A stretch of DNA of 64,000 bases from an uncultured Actinomycetes bacterium (GCA_964631685.1 CAZVZU010000004.1:33249-97248); one strand, 5' to 3'; positions 10,303 to 21,882 are shown, counted from the stretch's first letter. Notes: a model not told the origin generated them from the sequence alone. Made by a program: numbers and translations.

Positions 10303-10877
10303 CTTCTCCGTTTAGTTATAAATTGAACATTTTTGCGTAAAGTAAAAATCCGTTGTTTAATATAAAACGATAATGCGCTACCTGAAATACTATAGCCCTT
10401 AGTATTAATTTTAACATAACCCGGTGCAATAATTTTATCATCCTTTGCAAAATAGTATATTGTTTTTGCCTGCATGCGCGACCCATTAGAACCTTTTATC
10501 AGAACATCACCCGAGATCATGATATCCTTGGAATCGGCACTCAAACGCCCGTACTTTCCTGCTATAATGTACATATATTTTTTATTTTTCCCGTAAATGT
10601 AGACCTTTACATCCTTTAGTTTAATCGTATCTTTTACTGGGGATAGATAGCTTAAACTTTTCGAAAATACTTCATAAGCAAGCGACCCATTTTTAAAAAA
10701 TTTATAATCTACCTTATTTAAACTTATATATCCTTTCGAAATACCTATGTTTAAAAATCCCTTTTTAATATTTACGTAGTGGAGAATTAAGAAAAAGCCA
10801 AGCATTAAAAAAAACGCTACACCGAAAATAAGGGCTATATTTCTTAAAACTTGACGATTGGGCGACTTAAAATTCAT
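10299..10877 (-). CDS. lptC: LPS export protein LptC
   Basis: Single N-terminal TM helix plus beta-rich domain; kdsC-lptC-lptA-lptB synteny. Confidence 0.85.
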   Translation of the reverse strand: MNFKSPNRQVLRNIALIFGVAFFLMLGFFLILHYVNIKKGFLNIGISKGYISLNKVDYKFFKNGSLAYEVFSKSLSYLSPVKDTIKLKDVKVYIYGKNKKYMYIIAGKYGRLSADSKDIMISGDVLIKGSNGSRMQAKTIYYFAKDDKIIAPGYVKINTKGYSISGSALSFYIKQRIFTLRKNVQFITKRRS

Positions 10878-10879
10878 CT

Positions 10880-11431
10880 CTATTTTAGACTACTTAAAAA
10901 GTTAAGTAAAAGCCCTTTTTTATTGAGAATGATATCGCAAACCTCCCTTACCGCGCCGCGTCCTCCATGTTTATCTGTAATAAAATTTGCACAATCCCTC
11001 ACATATTTTGGAGCATCGGGGACGGATGCCGAAATACCCGCCCGCATCAAAGGTTTAATATCTACTATATCGTCACCCATATAAAATAAGTTTTTAAAAC
11101 CAAAACCATATTCTTCCAAAACAGTCTTCAGGGAAGCAAATTTATCTTTACACCCCTCTATATAGAAGTCCACGCCAAGCTCCTTTAATCTTATATCCGT
11201 AGCATTGCTTGTCCTTGCGGATATAAAACCTACCTTAAGACCCATACTCTTTGCAATCCTTATTCCTGCGCCATCATTGGCAAAAAATGTTTTGGTTTCA
11301 ACCCCGGATTCAGATATTTGTATTCTTCCATCGGTCAATACCCCGTCAACATCAAAAACAAGGATCTTGATATCATTAAAATTTAATTTTTCATCTAAAT
11401 TAGCAAAACCATAATCTATATTGTCATTCAT
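10880..11431 (-). CDS. kdsC: KDO 8-phosphate phosphatase (HAD family)
   Basis: FDVDGVLTDG, MGDDIVD and GGRGAVRE motifs. Confidence 0.96.
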   Translation of the reverse strand: MNDNIDYGFANLDEKLNFNDIKILVFDVDGVLTDGRIQISESGVETKTFFANDGAGIRIAKSMGLKVGFISARTSNATDIRLKELGVDFYIEGCKDKFASLKTVLEEYGFGFKNLFYMGDDIVDIKPLMRAGISASVPDAPKYVRDCANFITDKHGGRGAVREVCDIILNKKGLLLNFLSSLK

Positions 11432-12437
11432 AGCTTGTTATGCCCGCCTTTACTATATCATGTATATGTATAACTCCCACCGGTACCTGATTGCCTAAGG
11501 ATTCTACAACGAAAAGTGATGTAATCCTTAAATCCTCCATTTTTTTTAATGCGCCCACGGCAAGGGAGTCTTTAACTACGGTTTTGGGATTCATCGTCAT
11601 GATATCCCTGACCTGTTTATTAAATATGTTATTCGAGGAATTAAGCAACGCTCTTCTTAAGTCTCCGTCCACTATAATTCCGCAAAGGCATTTATCGTTA
11701 TTTACAACACCTGTCAGCCCTAATCTTTTAGAATTCATCTCCACAATGGCCTCATTTAGCAAAGCCGATTCTTTCACAAGTGGAATTTCTCTCTCTTTAT
11801 GCATTATATCAGAGATCTTTAAGAATTTTTTCCCTATTGAACCTCCGGGATGAAGCCTCGCAAAATCCTCCTCAAGAAAATGTCTCTTTTTTAGCAGAGC
11901 AACGGCAAGGGCATCGCCTATAGCAAGTTGCGCCGTCGTACTCGCAGTCGGGGCGATATTGAACGGACAAGCCTCTTTATAGACAGATACATCAAAAAAA
12001 TAGTCCGATAGTTCATATAGCTGTGAATTTTTATTCCCCGAAAAACCAATGATCTTGGCACCAATAAGTTTGACGCTCGGCAATATGGATACAACCTCCT
12101 CTGTATTACCACTATTGGATAAAACAATGATAGCATCGTCTTGGGCAATCATTCCTAAATCTCCATGAGAAGCCTCCGCAGGGTGCATGAAAAAAGATGG
12201 GGTACCCGTACTTGCCAATGTTGAAGATATTTTTCTTGCAATAATCCCTGATTTACCCATTCCTGTGAGAACTACCTTCCCGCGTATGCCAATTAGCAAA
12301 TTCACCATTTTCGTAAAATTATCGTCAAGTCTGCCTATCAACGCCCTGACAGAATCTGCCTCTATATTCAAAACATTACGAGCTACTTCCAATATATCTA
12401 TTTCTTTCATTTTTCTGTTTTTATTTAATATAATCAC
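11424..12437 (-). CDS. kdsD: Arabinose 5-phosphate isomerase (KpsF/GutQ, SIS plus CBS domains)
   Basis: TGMGKSG, HPAEASHGDLG, APTASTT and HPGG motifs; true start may be ATG 12410. Confidence 0.96.
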   Translation of the reverse strand: MIILNKNRKMKEIDILEVARNVLNIEADSVRALIGRLDDNFTKMVNLLIGIRGKVVLTGMGKSGIIARKISSTLASTGTPSFFMHPAEASHGDLGMIAQDDAIIVLSNSGNTEEVVSILPSVKLIGAKIIGFSGNKNSQLYELSDYFFDVSVYKEACPFNIAPTASTTAQLAIGDALAVALLKKRHFLEEDFARLHPGGSIGKKFLKISDIMHKEREIPLVKESALLNEAIVEMNSKRLGLTGVVNNDKCLCGIIVDGDLRRALLNSSNNIFNKQVRDIMTMNPKTVVKDSLAVGALKKMEDLRITSLFVVESLGNQVPVGVIHIHDIVKAGITSYE

Positions 12438-12466
12438 TTACCCTTTTTATATGCAAAAACGAGGGG

Positions 12467-13342
12467 TTATCCCTTCGAAACAGTATTTTTGCATTCATAG
12501 ATAGAGGAAACATACTTTGATATCTCAAGAATATTTTTTAAATCATTTTTGAAGGATGATAAATAGACGGAGTTTGCCGAATCACTCAAAGCCTGTGGCG
12601 GATCGGGGTGCACCTCAAAAAAAATACCGTCAACACCCACAGCGGAAGCCGCTCTGGCAAGTGTCATAACATGCTTTCTTTCACCGGAAGAGCTTGAGCC
12701 TGAACCGCCGGGAAACTGTACGCTATGGGTCGCATCAAAAACAACAAGCGCCCCAAATTCTTTCATTATCGGCAGTGCCCTGAAATCCACAACAAGATTA
12801 TTATAACCGAAACTAACACCCCTTTCGGTTATAATAATCTTGTTGTTCCCTGCAGATCTTATTTTTTCTACAATATGCTTTGTGTCCCGCGGAGCCAAAA
12901 ACTGTCCCTTTTTAACATTTATAACCTTATTTGTTTTTGCCGCCTCAAGCAATATATCTGTCTGCCTTGACAAAAAAGCAGGTATCTGTATTACATCAAG
13001 AACATCCTTTGCCTTTTCAATGTCGCCAACGTCATGGACATCGCTTAAAATCGGAATATCATACTTTTCTTTAATCTCAAAAAGCATTTCAAGCCCTTTG
13101 TCTATACCTGGACCGCGAAAGGAATGGACAGACGTCCTATTGGCCTTGTCGTAAGATGCTTTAAATATTAAATTAAATTTGAGCTCTTCAGAATACTCTT
13201 TTAATCTTGACGCAATATCCTTGAGCATTTCAAAAGTCTCTATGACACACGGCCCTGCTATAATAAATGGATAATCATTACTAAAATTAAATTTTAATAA
13301 TGACCCTAAATCGCTTTTAGTGAAAATATTTAACTTTTCCAT
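12467..13342 (-). CDS. kdsA: KDO 8-phosphate synthase
   Basis: AGPCVIE, KASYDKANRTS, QIPAFLSRQTD, KKGQF and DATHSVQ motifs. Confidence 0.98.
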   Translation of the reverse strand: MEKLNIFTKSDLGSLLKFNFSNDYPFIIAGPCVIETFEMLKDIASRLKEYSEELKFNLIFKASYDKANRTSVHSFRGPGIDKGLEMLFEIKEKYDIPILSDVHDVGDIEKAKDVLDVIQIPAFLSRQTDILLEAAKTNKVINVKKGQFLAPRDTKHIVEKIRSAGNNKIIITERGVSFGYNNLVVDFRALPIMKEFGALVVFDATHSVQFPGGSGSSSSGERKHVMTLARAASAVGVDGIFFEVHPDPPQALSDSANSVYLSSFKNDLKNILEISKYVSSIYECKNTVSKG

Positions 13343-13383
13343 ATACTTTAGGTATCTCCTATTGGACGAAACATCCCCAAAAT

Positions 13384-15183
13384 TTAGTCCGCAACCTTCT
13401 TTTTGGTCATCGGAACAATTTTGGACTCGGATACATATTTTTTTCTCTTACTTTTTTTAACGGCAGAAATACGCTTCGTTTTGGAATCTGATCTAACCTT
13501 AGATTTATTAATAATATTTGAATACTTAACCGACGCCAAAATAAAGTCTCTAAATAAAGGATGTGGGGATAAAGGAGATGATTTAAATTCAGGATGGAAT
13601 TGACAACCTAAAAACCATGGATGATCTTTTAATTCACAAATCTCTACAAGCTCATTGTCCGGCGAAACACCCGAAAAAACAAATCCTGAAGACTCAAATA
13701 TTTTTCTGTAATCATTGTTAAATTCAAATCTGTGCCTATGCCTTTCGCTTATCAATAGGTCGCCGTTTTTGTGCGAATCAATATAGTTTTTTCTGCCCGA
13801 TATCTTTTTTTTATTATTTTTAGCATAAATACGGTAAACAAGGGTATCCTTGGATGTTACACATGGATATGCTCCGAGCCTCATTGTCCCGCCCATTTTT
13901 CCAATACCCTTTTGGCCTTCCATGAGGTGGATAACCGGATTAGATGTAGCATTATCAAATTCAATTGAATTGGCATCGTCAAGCTTCAAGACATTCCTAG
14001 CATATTCAACCGTCAACAGCTGCATGCCTAAACATATTCCGAAATAAGGAATTTTGCCAACCCTTGCATGGTTTATCACCGCGATCATCCCTTTAATTCC
14101 GCGCGCACCAAAACCACCCGGAACCAATATACCGGAACAATCTGATAAATCCTTGAACTTTTCAGAATAATTATCCGTTTCAAAATCTTCGGAATTTATA
14201 TATTTTATATTGACCCTTACATTATTTGATAATCCGCCGTGTACAAGACTTTCGTTTAAACTTTTATAAGACTCTTTTAAGTTCACGTATTTTCCGACTA
14301 TCCCAATAGTTACGGAATTTTTCAATCTTTTAGATATTTTGGATATCTTGTTCCACTCGCTTAAATCGGGGGATTTGGCCCAAATATTAAGATATTCTAT
14401 AATTTTTGAGTCAAGTCCTTCGTTATAAAGAGATACGGGGACATCATAGATACTGTCCTCATCCTTAGCAGTGATAACCGCATCAACCTCAACATTGCAA
14501 AACAAAGCAATCTTCGCCCTAATATTCTGAGGCAAAACCCTATCTGCCCGACAAATTATAATAGAAGGTTCTATGCCGATAGACCTAAGCTCCTTCACGG
14601 AATGTTGAGTGGGCTTGGTTTTTAGTTCATCGGCGGTCTTGATATACGGCACAAGCGTCAGATGGACATACAAAACATTATCCCTGCCCCTATCAAGCTT
14701 AAATTGTCTTATCGCTTCCAAGAACGGGAGGCTCTCGATATCGCCGACGGTCCCGCCAATCTCTATGATAGCTACATCTTTACCGTCCGAGGCTTCCATT
14801 ATTCTCTTTTTTATTTCATTTGTTATGTGAGGTATAACTTGAACCGTTTTTCCTAAATACACCCCTTTTCTTTCATTCCCGATAACAGTATCGTAAACTT
14901 GACCGCTCGTAAGGTTGTTCTTTTTTGTTAGGGATAGGGATGTAAACCTTTCATAATGCCCAAGATCAAGGTCTGTTTCTGCGCCGTCATCCGTAACAAA
15001 AACCTCTCCGTGCTGGAAAGGATTCATAGTCCCAGGGTCAACATTTATATAAGGATCAAGCTTTTGCATTGTAACATTAAGACCTCTCGCTTCAAGAAGT
15101 GCTCCTATCGAAGCCGCGGCAATACCCTTGCCTAAACTTGAAACAACGCCCCCTGTGATAAAAATGTACTTTGTTTTATTCAT
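13384..15183 (-). CDS. pyrG: CTP synthase with a basic C-terminal tail
   Basis: [31 protein letters not shown] and QFHPEF motifs. Confidence 0.98.
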   Translation of the reverse strand: MNKTKYIFITGGVVSSLGKGIAAASIGALLEARGLNVTMQKLDPYINVDPGTMNPFQHGEVFVTDDGAETDLDLGHYERFTSLSLTKKNNLTSGQVYDTVIGNERKGVYLGKTVQVIPHITNEIKKRIMEASDGKDVAIIEIGGTVGDIESLPFLEAIRQFKLDRGRDNVLYVHLTLVPYIKTADELKTKPTQHSVKELRSIGIEPSIIICRADRVLPQNIRAKIALFCNVEVDAVITAKDEDSIYDVPVSLYNEGLDSKIIEYLNIWAKSPDLSEWNKISKISKRLKNSVTIGIVGKYVNLKESYKSLNESLVHGGLSNNVRVNIKYINSEDFETDNYSEKFKDLSDCSGILVPGGFGARGIKGMIAVINHARVGKIPYFGICLGMQLLTVEYARNVLKLDDANSIEFDNATSNPVIHLMEGQKGIGKMGGTMRLGAYPCVTSKDTLVYRIYAKNNKKKISGRKNYIDSHKNGDLLISERHRHRFEFNNDYRKIFESSGFVFSGVSPDNELVEICELKDHPWFLGCQFHPEFKSSPLSPHPLFRDFILASVKYSNIINKSKVRSDSKTKRISAVKKSKRKKYVSESKIVPMTKKKVAD

Positions 15184-16024
15184 TTTTATTTAACCCCAGT
15201 ACATCTCTCATATCAAAAAAACCATTTTTTTTATTACTAAGCCAGCCGGCCGCTTTAATAGCCCCTCTTGCAAAATTATCCCTTGAAACAGCCTTGTGCG
15301 TAATCTCTATAATCTCTTCATTTCCTGCAAATATAACCTTGTGTTCTCCTATTATATCCCCTGCTCTAACAGATAGAATACCTATTTCATCCTTTGTTCT
15401 TTCTCCTATCACCCCATGCCTACCGTAAACCGCCTTTTCGTTCAAATCTATATGTCTTTGTTTAGCAACAGAGTCCGCAAGCATTTTAGCCGTACCACTG
15501 GGGGCATCCTTTTTCTTTCTATGATGCATTTCTACTACCTCGCAATCGTAACCCTCACCTAGATATTTTGATGCATCATGAACTATGTTCAACAAAACAT
15601 TGATCCCAAGGCTCATATTTCCGGATAAAACCACAGGCATATGTTGGCTACAACCCTTTATGGTACTTATATCCGCATTCGAAAAACCAGTTGAACCTAT
15701 TACTATCGGAATACTGTAATGCATTGCCTCTTCGACATGGACTAAGGAAGCCGCTTTGGATGTAAAATCAATTATAACCTTATTTTTTATATTTGCAGTG
15801 AGACGAAGCGTATCCTTTAATGTCAAAAATCTTCCTGATGGCATTTTATTGGATTCTATATCATTCATGCACGAAAGGGAAGAATGAGTGATCTCGCCAT
15901 TGTCGGGATAACTCGGATCCACCCCCCCTATAAATATCAATTCATCATAATCGCTTAAGAGATTGATTATCGAATGCCCCATTCTGCCATTACCGCCGCA
16001 AACTATTATGCCTATTTTTTCCAT
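15176..16024 (-). CDS. dapB: 4-hydroxy-tetrahydrodipicolinate reductase
   Basis: GGNGRMG, IDFT, GSTG and [15 protein letters not shown] motifs. Confidence 0.97.
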   Translation of the reverse strand: MEKIGIIVCGGNGRMGHSIINLLSDYDELIFIGGVDPSYPDNGEITHSSLSCMNDIESNKMPSGRFLTLKDTLRLTANIKNKVIIDFTSKAASLVHVEEAMHYSIPIVIGSTGFSNADISTIKGCSQHMPVVLSGNMSLGINVLLNIVHDASKYLGEGYDCEVVEMHHRKKKDAPSGTAKMLADSVAKQRHIDLNEKAVYGRHGVIGERTKDEIGILSVRAGDIIGEHKVIFAGNEEIIEITHKAVSRDNFARGAIKAAGWLSNKKNGFFDMRDVLGLNKNE

Positions 16025-16049
16025 TTTTTAAAATCCAATTATTTTATTA

Positions 16050-16931
16050 TTATTTTAAAATACCGTAATTTTTTAAAGCCTCGTTAATCTTCTCGGCATT
16101 AATCTCTGAGACCTCCGACAAGGGAAGCCTTATTTCATCTCCGATAAAGCCCATAATATTCAAGGCCTTTTTAACAGGGATAGGATTTGTTTCAATAAAT
16201 ATGGCATGAATAAGCGGAAGAAGCCTAAAATTGATCTCCCTCGCCGATTTATAATCTCCATCCAATGAGTGCTTGACCATCAAAACCGTATCAGCTGGCA
16301 CAACATTGGAAACCGTAGAAATAACGCCGCAACCACCGACGGCAATCATCGGCAACGTAAGCGCATCATCCCCCGACAACACGCTAAAACCATCAGGTGC
16401 GCTTCTTAAAATAGCAACAACTTGGTCCAAGGAGCCGCTTGCCTCTTTGATACCATTTATGTTGTTAATTGCAGAAAGCCGTATTACTGTTTCGGGTAGC
16501 ATATTGACTGCAGTTCTTGACGGAACATTATAGAGTATCACCGGCAGTGAGCAGCTTTGTGCAACAGTTTTAAAATGAAGATATAATCCTTCTTGCGTCG
16601 GTTTATTATAGTAAGGGGTAATTTGCAAATGCCCGTCTATTTTACATTTCTCGGCTTCCTTGGCAAGATGAACCGCCTCCGTCGTACTGTTTGACCCTGT
16701 TCCTGCAATGACCTTGACTCTTCCATTAGATATTTCGGAAATCAACCTTATAACCCTTATATGTTCCTCAAAAGAAAGGGTCGCAGATTCACCGGTACTT
16801 CCGCAGGCAACAATACCTGCAACGCCGTTTTTTATTTGAAAATCCACCAATATCTCAAGTGCTTTTTCATCGATATTGCCATCCTTAAAAGGCGTAACAA
16901 TAGCAGTAAACACACCTTTAAACATTTTCAT
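16050..16931 (-). CDS. dapA: 4-hydroxy-tetrahydrodipicolinate synthase
   Basis: GSTGES, PYYNKP, YNVPSRT, IKEAS and ETNPIPVK motifs. Confidence 0.98.
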   Translation of the reverse strand: MKMFKGVFTAIVTPFKDGNIDEKALEILVDFQIKNGVAGIVACGSTGESATLSFEEHIRVIRLISEISNGRVKVIAGTGSNSTTEAVHLAKEAEKCKIDGHLQITPYYNKPTQEGLYLHFKTVAQSCSLPVILYNVPSRTAVNMLPETVIRLSAINNINGIKEASGSLDQVVAILRSAPDGFSVLSGDDALTLPMIAVGGCGVISTVSNVVPADTVLMVKHSLDGDYKSAREINFRLLPLIHAIFIETNPIPVKKALNIMGFIGDEIRLPLSEVSEINAEKINEALKNYGILK

Positions 16932-16954
16932 CTCCTACGAAACATATATTATAT

Positions 16955-18202
16955 TTATTCGGGTATAAATTCCCCTGCAACTAAATCGCTGTACGCTTCC
17001 CTTTGCCTTATAACGCAGTATTTATCATTATCAACTAAAATTTCCGGTACCCTGGGCCTTGAATTATAGTTGGAGGCCATAGAAAACCCATAAGCACCCG
17101 CGCTGTATACCGCTAGTAAATCTCCTTCCTCTATATTACTTAAAAGCCTATCTTTACCGAGAAAATCAGCAGACTCACAGATGGGACCAACCACATCCGC
17201 CCTTACTCTTGGGCCACTTCTTTTGTTTACAGGAACAATCTCATGGTAAGCATCATATAATGCTGGTCTTAATAGGTCATTCATACCACCGTCAACCACA
17301 AGAAAATTTTTACTGCCCATACCCTTATTATATATTACCTTTGTCACAAATATGCCGCTATTACCGACAATCACCCTGCCCGGTTCAAATATAACCTTTC
17401 CCTTATAATTTTCCAAAACATTCTTTATGGAATTAATATACGTAGAAGGATGCGGTGGCATCTCGTTCTCATATGTGATGCCGAGTCCTCCACCTAAATC
17501 AAGATATTTTATATCAAAACCGTTTGACTTGAGTTTTAACAGCAGATCTCTGATTATTGCAACGGCATCATTAAACGGGGAAATTTCCGTTAACTGAGAA
17601 CCTATGTGGCAGTCAAGACCAATTACTTCGATATTCTTTAAATCCTTGGATGTTTCATAAGCAGAAAGGGCATGTTTTATGCCTATTCCGAATTTATTTT
17701 TTTTAAGCCCGGTAGAAATATAAGGATGAGTCTTGGGATCAACATTTGGATTAATCCTAAAGGCAATACGCGCCGTCTTTTGTAATTTTCCGGCAATTTT
17801 ATCTATCAAGAACAGCTCCGGCAAAGACTCAACATTAAACATAAATATATCATTCTTGAGAGCAAACTCGATCTCGCTCTCCGTCTTGCCGACACCGGAA
17901 TATACAACCTTTTGAGTATCAACCCCTGCTTGAATCGCCCTAAAAAGCTCTCCTCCGGAAACGATATCGGCACCCCAACCCTTTTTAAAGAAAAAATTGA
18001 GAATGGCAGCATTTGAATTTGCCTTCACGCTGTAGCAGATAATGGAATCCAACACCCTTGAGCTTTCATCAAATGCATTAAAATGCCTTTTTAGTGTTGC
18101 AAGTGAGTACAAATAAAAAGGAGTTCCTATATCGGCTGCAACATATTTAATAGGAACATTTTCGCAATATAACTCGTTTCCCTTAAAAATAAAATCGTTC
18201 AT
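16955..18202 (-). CDS. lysA: Diaminopimelate decarboxylase
   Basis: YSVKAN, HIGSQ, DLGGG, EPGR, GPICESAD and SNYNSRPR motifs. Confidence 0.98.
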   Translation of the reverse strand: MNDFIFKGNELYCENVPIKYVAADIGTPFYLYSLATLKRHFNAFDESSRVLDSIICYSVKANSNAAILNFFFKKGWGADIVSGGELFRAIQAGVDTQKVVYSGVGKTESEIEFALKNDIFMFNVESLPELFLIDKIAGKLQKTARIAFRINPNVDPKTHPYISTGLKKNKFGIGIKHALSAYETSKDLKNIEVIGLDCHIGSQLTEISPFNDAVAIIRDLLLKLKSNGFDIKYLDLGGGLGITYENEMPPHPSTYINSIKNVLENYKGKVIFEPGRVIVGNSGIFVTKVIYNKGMGSKNFLVVDGGMNDLLRPALYDAYHEIVPVNKRSGPRVRADVVGPICESADFLGKDRLLSNIEEGDLLAVYSAGAYGFSMASNYNSRPRVPEILVDNDKYCVIRQREAYSDLVAGEFIPE

Positions 18203-18245
18203 AATTAAAAACCCTTATTTTTAGATAGACATGGAGGCATATATG

Positions 18246-19217
18246 TTATAACTTTCTCTCTACTATATAATTTGCCATATCCATTAGATTTTTCTTATAT
18301 TCGGAATTCGGAAAAATATCCAGATTTTCTTTTGCCTTTGAGATGGCATCCTTTGCCTTTGAGATAGTGTAATCTACCGAATCATAACTTTTTATAAGTT
18401 TCAAAACGGTCTGCAGATTAGACTTGGTATGTTTTTTCTTATAGATAATCTCAGAAAGAATATCCTTCTCATCCTTAGAACACATTTCTATCGTGTGAAT
18501 TAGCGGAAGTGTAAGCTTGCCCTCTTTCAAGTCGTTGCCTATAAATTTACCGAACTCTTCATTTGAAGTATAATCAAGGGCATCGTCCATAAGCTGGAAT
18601 GCAATACCTATATTTAAACCGTAATCAGAAAGACTTTTACCGCACTCTTCGTCTTTTGAGGATATTATCGCACCTATCTGCGATGCACAAGCAAAAAGCA
18701 CTGCTGTTTTCTTTATAATTATGTCAAGATATTCGTCCTCTGTCGTTTTGATATCGGCAGTCTTGATTAGTTCCCTTACTTCTCCCTCCGCCATAAGGGT
18801 CGTCGCATCAGAATATGCCTTGACAATCTTGGTATTATCGAAACCAGAAAGTATTTTAAAAGACTTGGCAAATAAATAATCGCCCACAAGCACTGACGCC
18901 TCATTGCCAAAAATTATATTCGCAGACGACTTTCCCCGTCTCAGGGGGGCGTTGTCGACAACATCGTCGTGAAGTAGCGTAGCCGTATGGATAAACTCGA
19001 TAACGGCAGCTAGGGGAATATGATCACTACCATGATATCCACAAATTTTTGAGGAAACAATGAGAAGTATGGGCCGGATTCGCTTACCACCGCTTGAAAT
19101 AACATATTTCGCAACCTTATAAATTAACGGTGTTTTTCCAGCGGCAAGATGAGTTTCAAACTGGTTTTCAACCATTTTTAATTCATCTGCTATATAATCA
19201 AAGGAAATATTTTGCAA
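18246..19217 (-). CDS. ispB: Long-chain polyprenyl diphosphate synthase (IspB-like)
   Basis: GGKRIRP, LLHDDVVD, FQLMDDALD and GNDLKEGK motifs; TTG start. Confidence 0.9.
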   Translation of the reverse strand: MQNISFDYIADELKMVENQFETHLAAGKTPLIYKVAKYVISSGGKRIRPILLIVSSKICGYHGSDHIPLAAVIEFIHTATLLHDDVVDNAPLRRGKSSANIIFGNEASVLVGDYLFAKSFKILSGFDNTKIVKAYSDATTLMAEGEVRELIKTADIKTTEDEYLDIIIKKTAVLFACASQIGAIISSKDEECGKSLSDYGLNIGIAFQLMDDALDYTSNEEFGKFIGNDLKEGKLTLPLIHTIEMCSKDEKDILSEIIYKKKHTKSNLQTVLKLIKSYDSVDYTISKAKDAISKAKENLDIFPNSEYKKNLMDMANYIVERKL

Positions 19218-19259
19218 TTTATAATCTCTTTTTTTATTATGTATTCTAATTATATTATT

Positions 19260-20618
19260 CTATGTTAGTTGAACTAAATATTCAATAATTTTTTTTAGTT
19301 TTAAGACAGGGTGAAAATTTAATCCCTTAATACCTTTTACGTCCTTTAGATTAGAGCTCGGAAGTATAATATCGGAAAACCCTAAGCTAGCCGCTTCTTT
19401 AACACGTGCAACGGGATTTACTACCCCTCTTACCTCTCCTGTGAGCCCGATCTCTCCAAATGCTAAAAAATTAGAAGCTATAGGTTTTTCAAAATAGCTT
19501 GAAATAATGGAAATCGCAATAGGTAAATCTATAGACGGCTCCTGAATACTCACCCCTCCGAATATCTTAACATAAATCTCTCTTGATGAAAGCTTAATTC
19601 CCTCTCTTTTTTCTAAAACAGCCGCTATAATAGACACCCTTCCACTATCTATGCCCAGACAAACCCTCTTCGGGACAGGCATATAGGATTGCACGACAAG
19701 TGCTTGAACCTCCACGAGCAAAGACCTTGTTCCCTCTATGCATGCTGTTACGACAGAACCGGAATAACCTGCCTGTCTCTCCTCTATAAAATATGCCGAA
19801 GGATTTTTTACACCCACCAAACCATTTTCGGACATTTCATAAACGCCGATCTCATCGGTAGAACCGAACCTATTTTTGTAACATCTTAGAATACGATAGG
19901 AATCCCGTTTGCTCGAATCGAAATACAGCACGGTATCCACAATATGCTCTAGTGTTTTTGGTCCTGCGAAATTACCCTCTTTAGTAACATGTCCCACTAA
20001 AAATAGGCCGCAATCTTTTTTTAAGCAGGCGGATGTTATTTCATGGGCAACCTCTCTTAAGGAAGCGCTACTTCCGTAAGCCGATTCGGAATTTGGTATC
20101 GTTACCCTCTGGATAGAATCTATAATTATAAAACCGTAATCTTCATTGTTAATAATGTACAATATCTCGCTTATATCGTTAAGTGACATTAAATATAGAT
20201 CATCGGATCCAAGCTTAAGCCTCTTAGCCCTCAGAATTAACTGACTTAAAGATTCTTCTGTTGAAACATACAGTACCTTTAAATCAGGCGAAGCAAGCCT
20301 GTTTGCAATCTGAAGCATGAGCGTAGATTTGCCTATTCCGGGATTGCCACCTATCAATAAACTCTGGCCACGAACCAAACCTGAGCCTACTGAAACATCA
20401 AACTCTTTTATCCCGGTTTTAATCCTAGACAGAGCGTTCAAACTCTTGATATCTTTCAGGGCAACAGGGGGACTGTCAGGAACACTTTCGCGAAACTTAA
20501 CGCTTGCAGTTGATTTCGCCTTGGGTTCAACAAGCTCCATCGTGCTATAACCTTGACACTCAGAGCACTTTCCGACCCATTTTATTGAAGTGGCACCACA
20601 CTCTTTACACTTATACAT
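19260..20618 (-). CDS. radA: DNA repair protein RadA/Sms
   Basis: N-terminal C4 zinc finger, GNPGIGKST, KNRFG and Lon-like C-terminal domain. Confidence 0.97.
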   Translation of the reverse strand: MYKCKECGATSIKWVGKCSECQGYSTMELVEPKAKSTASVKFRESVPDSPPVALKDIKSLNALSRIKTGIKEFDVSVGSGLVRGQSLLIGGNPGIGKSTLMLQIANRLASPDLKVLYVSTEESLSQLILRAKRLKLGSDDLYLMSLNDISEILYIINNEDYGFIIIDSIQRVTIPNSESAYGSSASLREVAHEITSACLKKDCGLFLVGHVTKEGNFAGPKTLEHIVDTVLYFDSSKRDSYRILRCYKNRFGSTDEIGVYEMSENGLVGVKNPSAYFIEERQAGYSGSVVTACIEGTRSLLVEVQALVVQSYMPVPKRVCLGIDSGRVSIIAAVLEKREGIKLSSREIYVKIFGGVSIQEPSIDLPIAISIISSYFEKPIASNFLAFGEIGLTGEVRGVVNPVARVKEAASLGFSDIILPSSNLKDVKGIKGLNFHPVLKLKKIIEYLVQLT

Positions 20619-20790
20619 TGATATTTACGCTCTAACAATGGAATTAACACAGCTTGATTCTTTTAACCTACTTGCCCATGGCAAAACCTGCCTGTACAGG
20701 GGGTCATTCTATCTTTTTACCGTAAATAAAACAAGTCTTTTACATAGCCTGGCCATGAATCCGGATTGACGATTGCAACAAGATTATTCT

Positions 20791-21882
20791 TTATTCGTAG
20801 TATCCTTCAAACGACGGCCATAAAGATTTGATGCATTCATCTATTGCATTTTTATTGGTCATCAAAGGGTATAATTTATATCGTTTTTTCGAGGCATTTG
20901 ATAGAGATCTGCTAAAAATAAATTCCATCTCTTCTCTGTACTCTTCCAAAAAATTAGTGGAACTTTTTATACTTTCGGCTATATAATCCCCTAAAAGACC
21001 GCCCGACATTACAGAATTCAATATGCCTGCCCCGGTAATGGGATGGGTTAAACCGCCGGCATCGCCGCATAATGCAATATTACCGGAACATAGATTATTT
21101 AAACCGGATACGGGCACAAGCCCCGATGTCTTTCCATATATATTAGCGCCAATGAACCCCTTGTCTCTCATTTCCTTAAGAAAACTATCAAGAGAATCCA
21201 AAATGGGCATATTAATCTCTGATTTCTCGATACCTATACCGACATTTGCAAATTTACCTTTCGGAAAGATCCAGCCATAACCGTAAGGAATATACGGCCT
21301 AAAGCAACAAAGAACAGAATCAGGCATATCTTTTAGAAGGTCTGTTTTTACCTGTGTTGCAAAAATATAAGATTTATTTTTCAATCCCAATCTGAAATCG
21401 CCGTCCAGATTCAAATTATTCTTAGGACCGGTTGCAACAACTAAGTAATCATAATGGATCTCAATTGATTGATTATTAAAGGTATCTAATGCCATTACTG
21501 TGTTTTCTACCGGATAAACTTTTAGGACGTGGGTTCGTCCGAGTAAACCAGTCCCTAATTTGACAGCAGATTTAACAATATAATCATCGAAAATATCTCT
21601 ATTTATCATATACCCCTTACCTTCGAACCTATAAACATGTTTGTCGGTATCTACATCCATAAAGCTGATTCTTTGATTTACAACAGATGGTATAAGGGTA
21701 AGATTTAAATATTGATTTATGTTAAGCCCGACAAATTCCGCGCACTGTACTGGGATGCCGGCAGTATTCCTCCTATCCACTAAGATATTTTCGATTCCCT
21801 TAGCGGATAGAGAACGCGCTACCGATGCCCCCGCAGGACCAGCACCTATTATTACGACTTCCGTTCGCATATACGATATCAA
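20791..21882 (-). CDS. Geranylgeranyl-reductase-family FAD oxidoreductase (LipT-like subfamily suspected)
   Basis: GAGPAG, GIPVQCAEFV, GYGWIFPKG, GDAGGLTHPITGAGI; C-terminal LWPSFEGYY. Confidence 0.85.
   Translation of the reverse strand: MISYMRTEVVIIGAGPAGASVARSLSAKGIENILVDRRNTAGIPVQCAEFVGLNINQYLNLTLIPSVVNQRISFMDVDTDKHVYRFEGKGYMINRDIFDDYIVKSAVKLGTGLLGRTHVLKVYPVENTVMALDTFNNQSIEIHYDYLVVATGPKNNLNLDGDFRLGLKNKSYIFATQVKTDLLKDMPDSVLCCFRPYIPYGYGWIFPKGKFANVGIGIEKSEINMPILDSLDSFLKEMRDKGFIGANIYGKTSGLVPVSGLNNLCSGNIALCGDAGGLTHPITGAGILNSVMSGGLLGDYIAESIKSSTNFLEEYREEMEFIFSRSLSNASKKRYKLYPLMTNKNAIDECIKSLWPSFEGYYE

Noticed and set aside
20620..20790. Short palindromes and a 15-codon ORF upstream of radA
   Set aside because: Palindromes are 10 bp or less and there is no SD or recognisable LexA box
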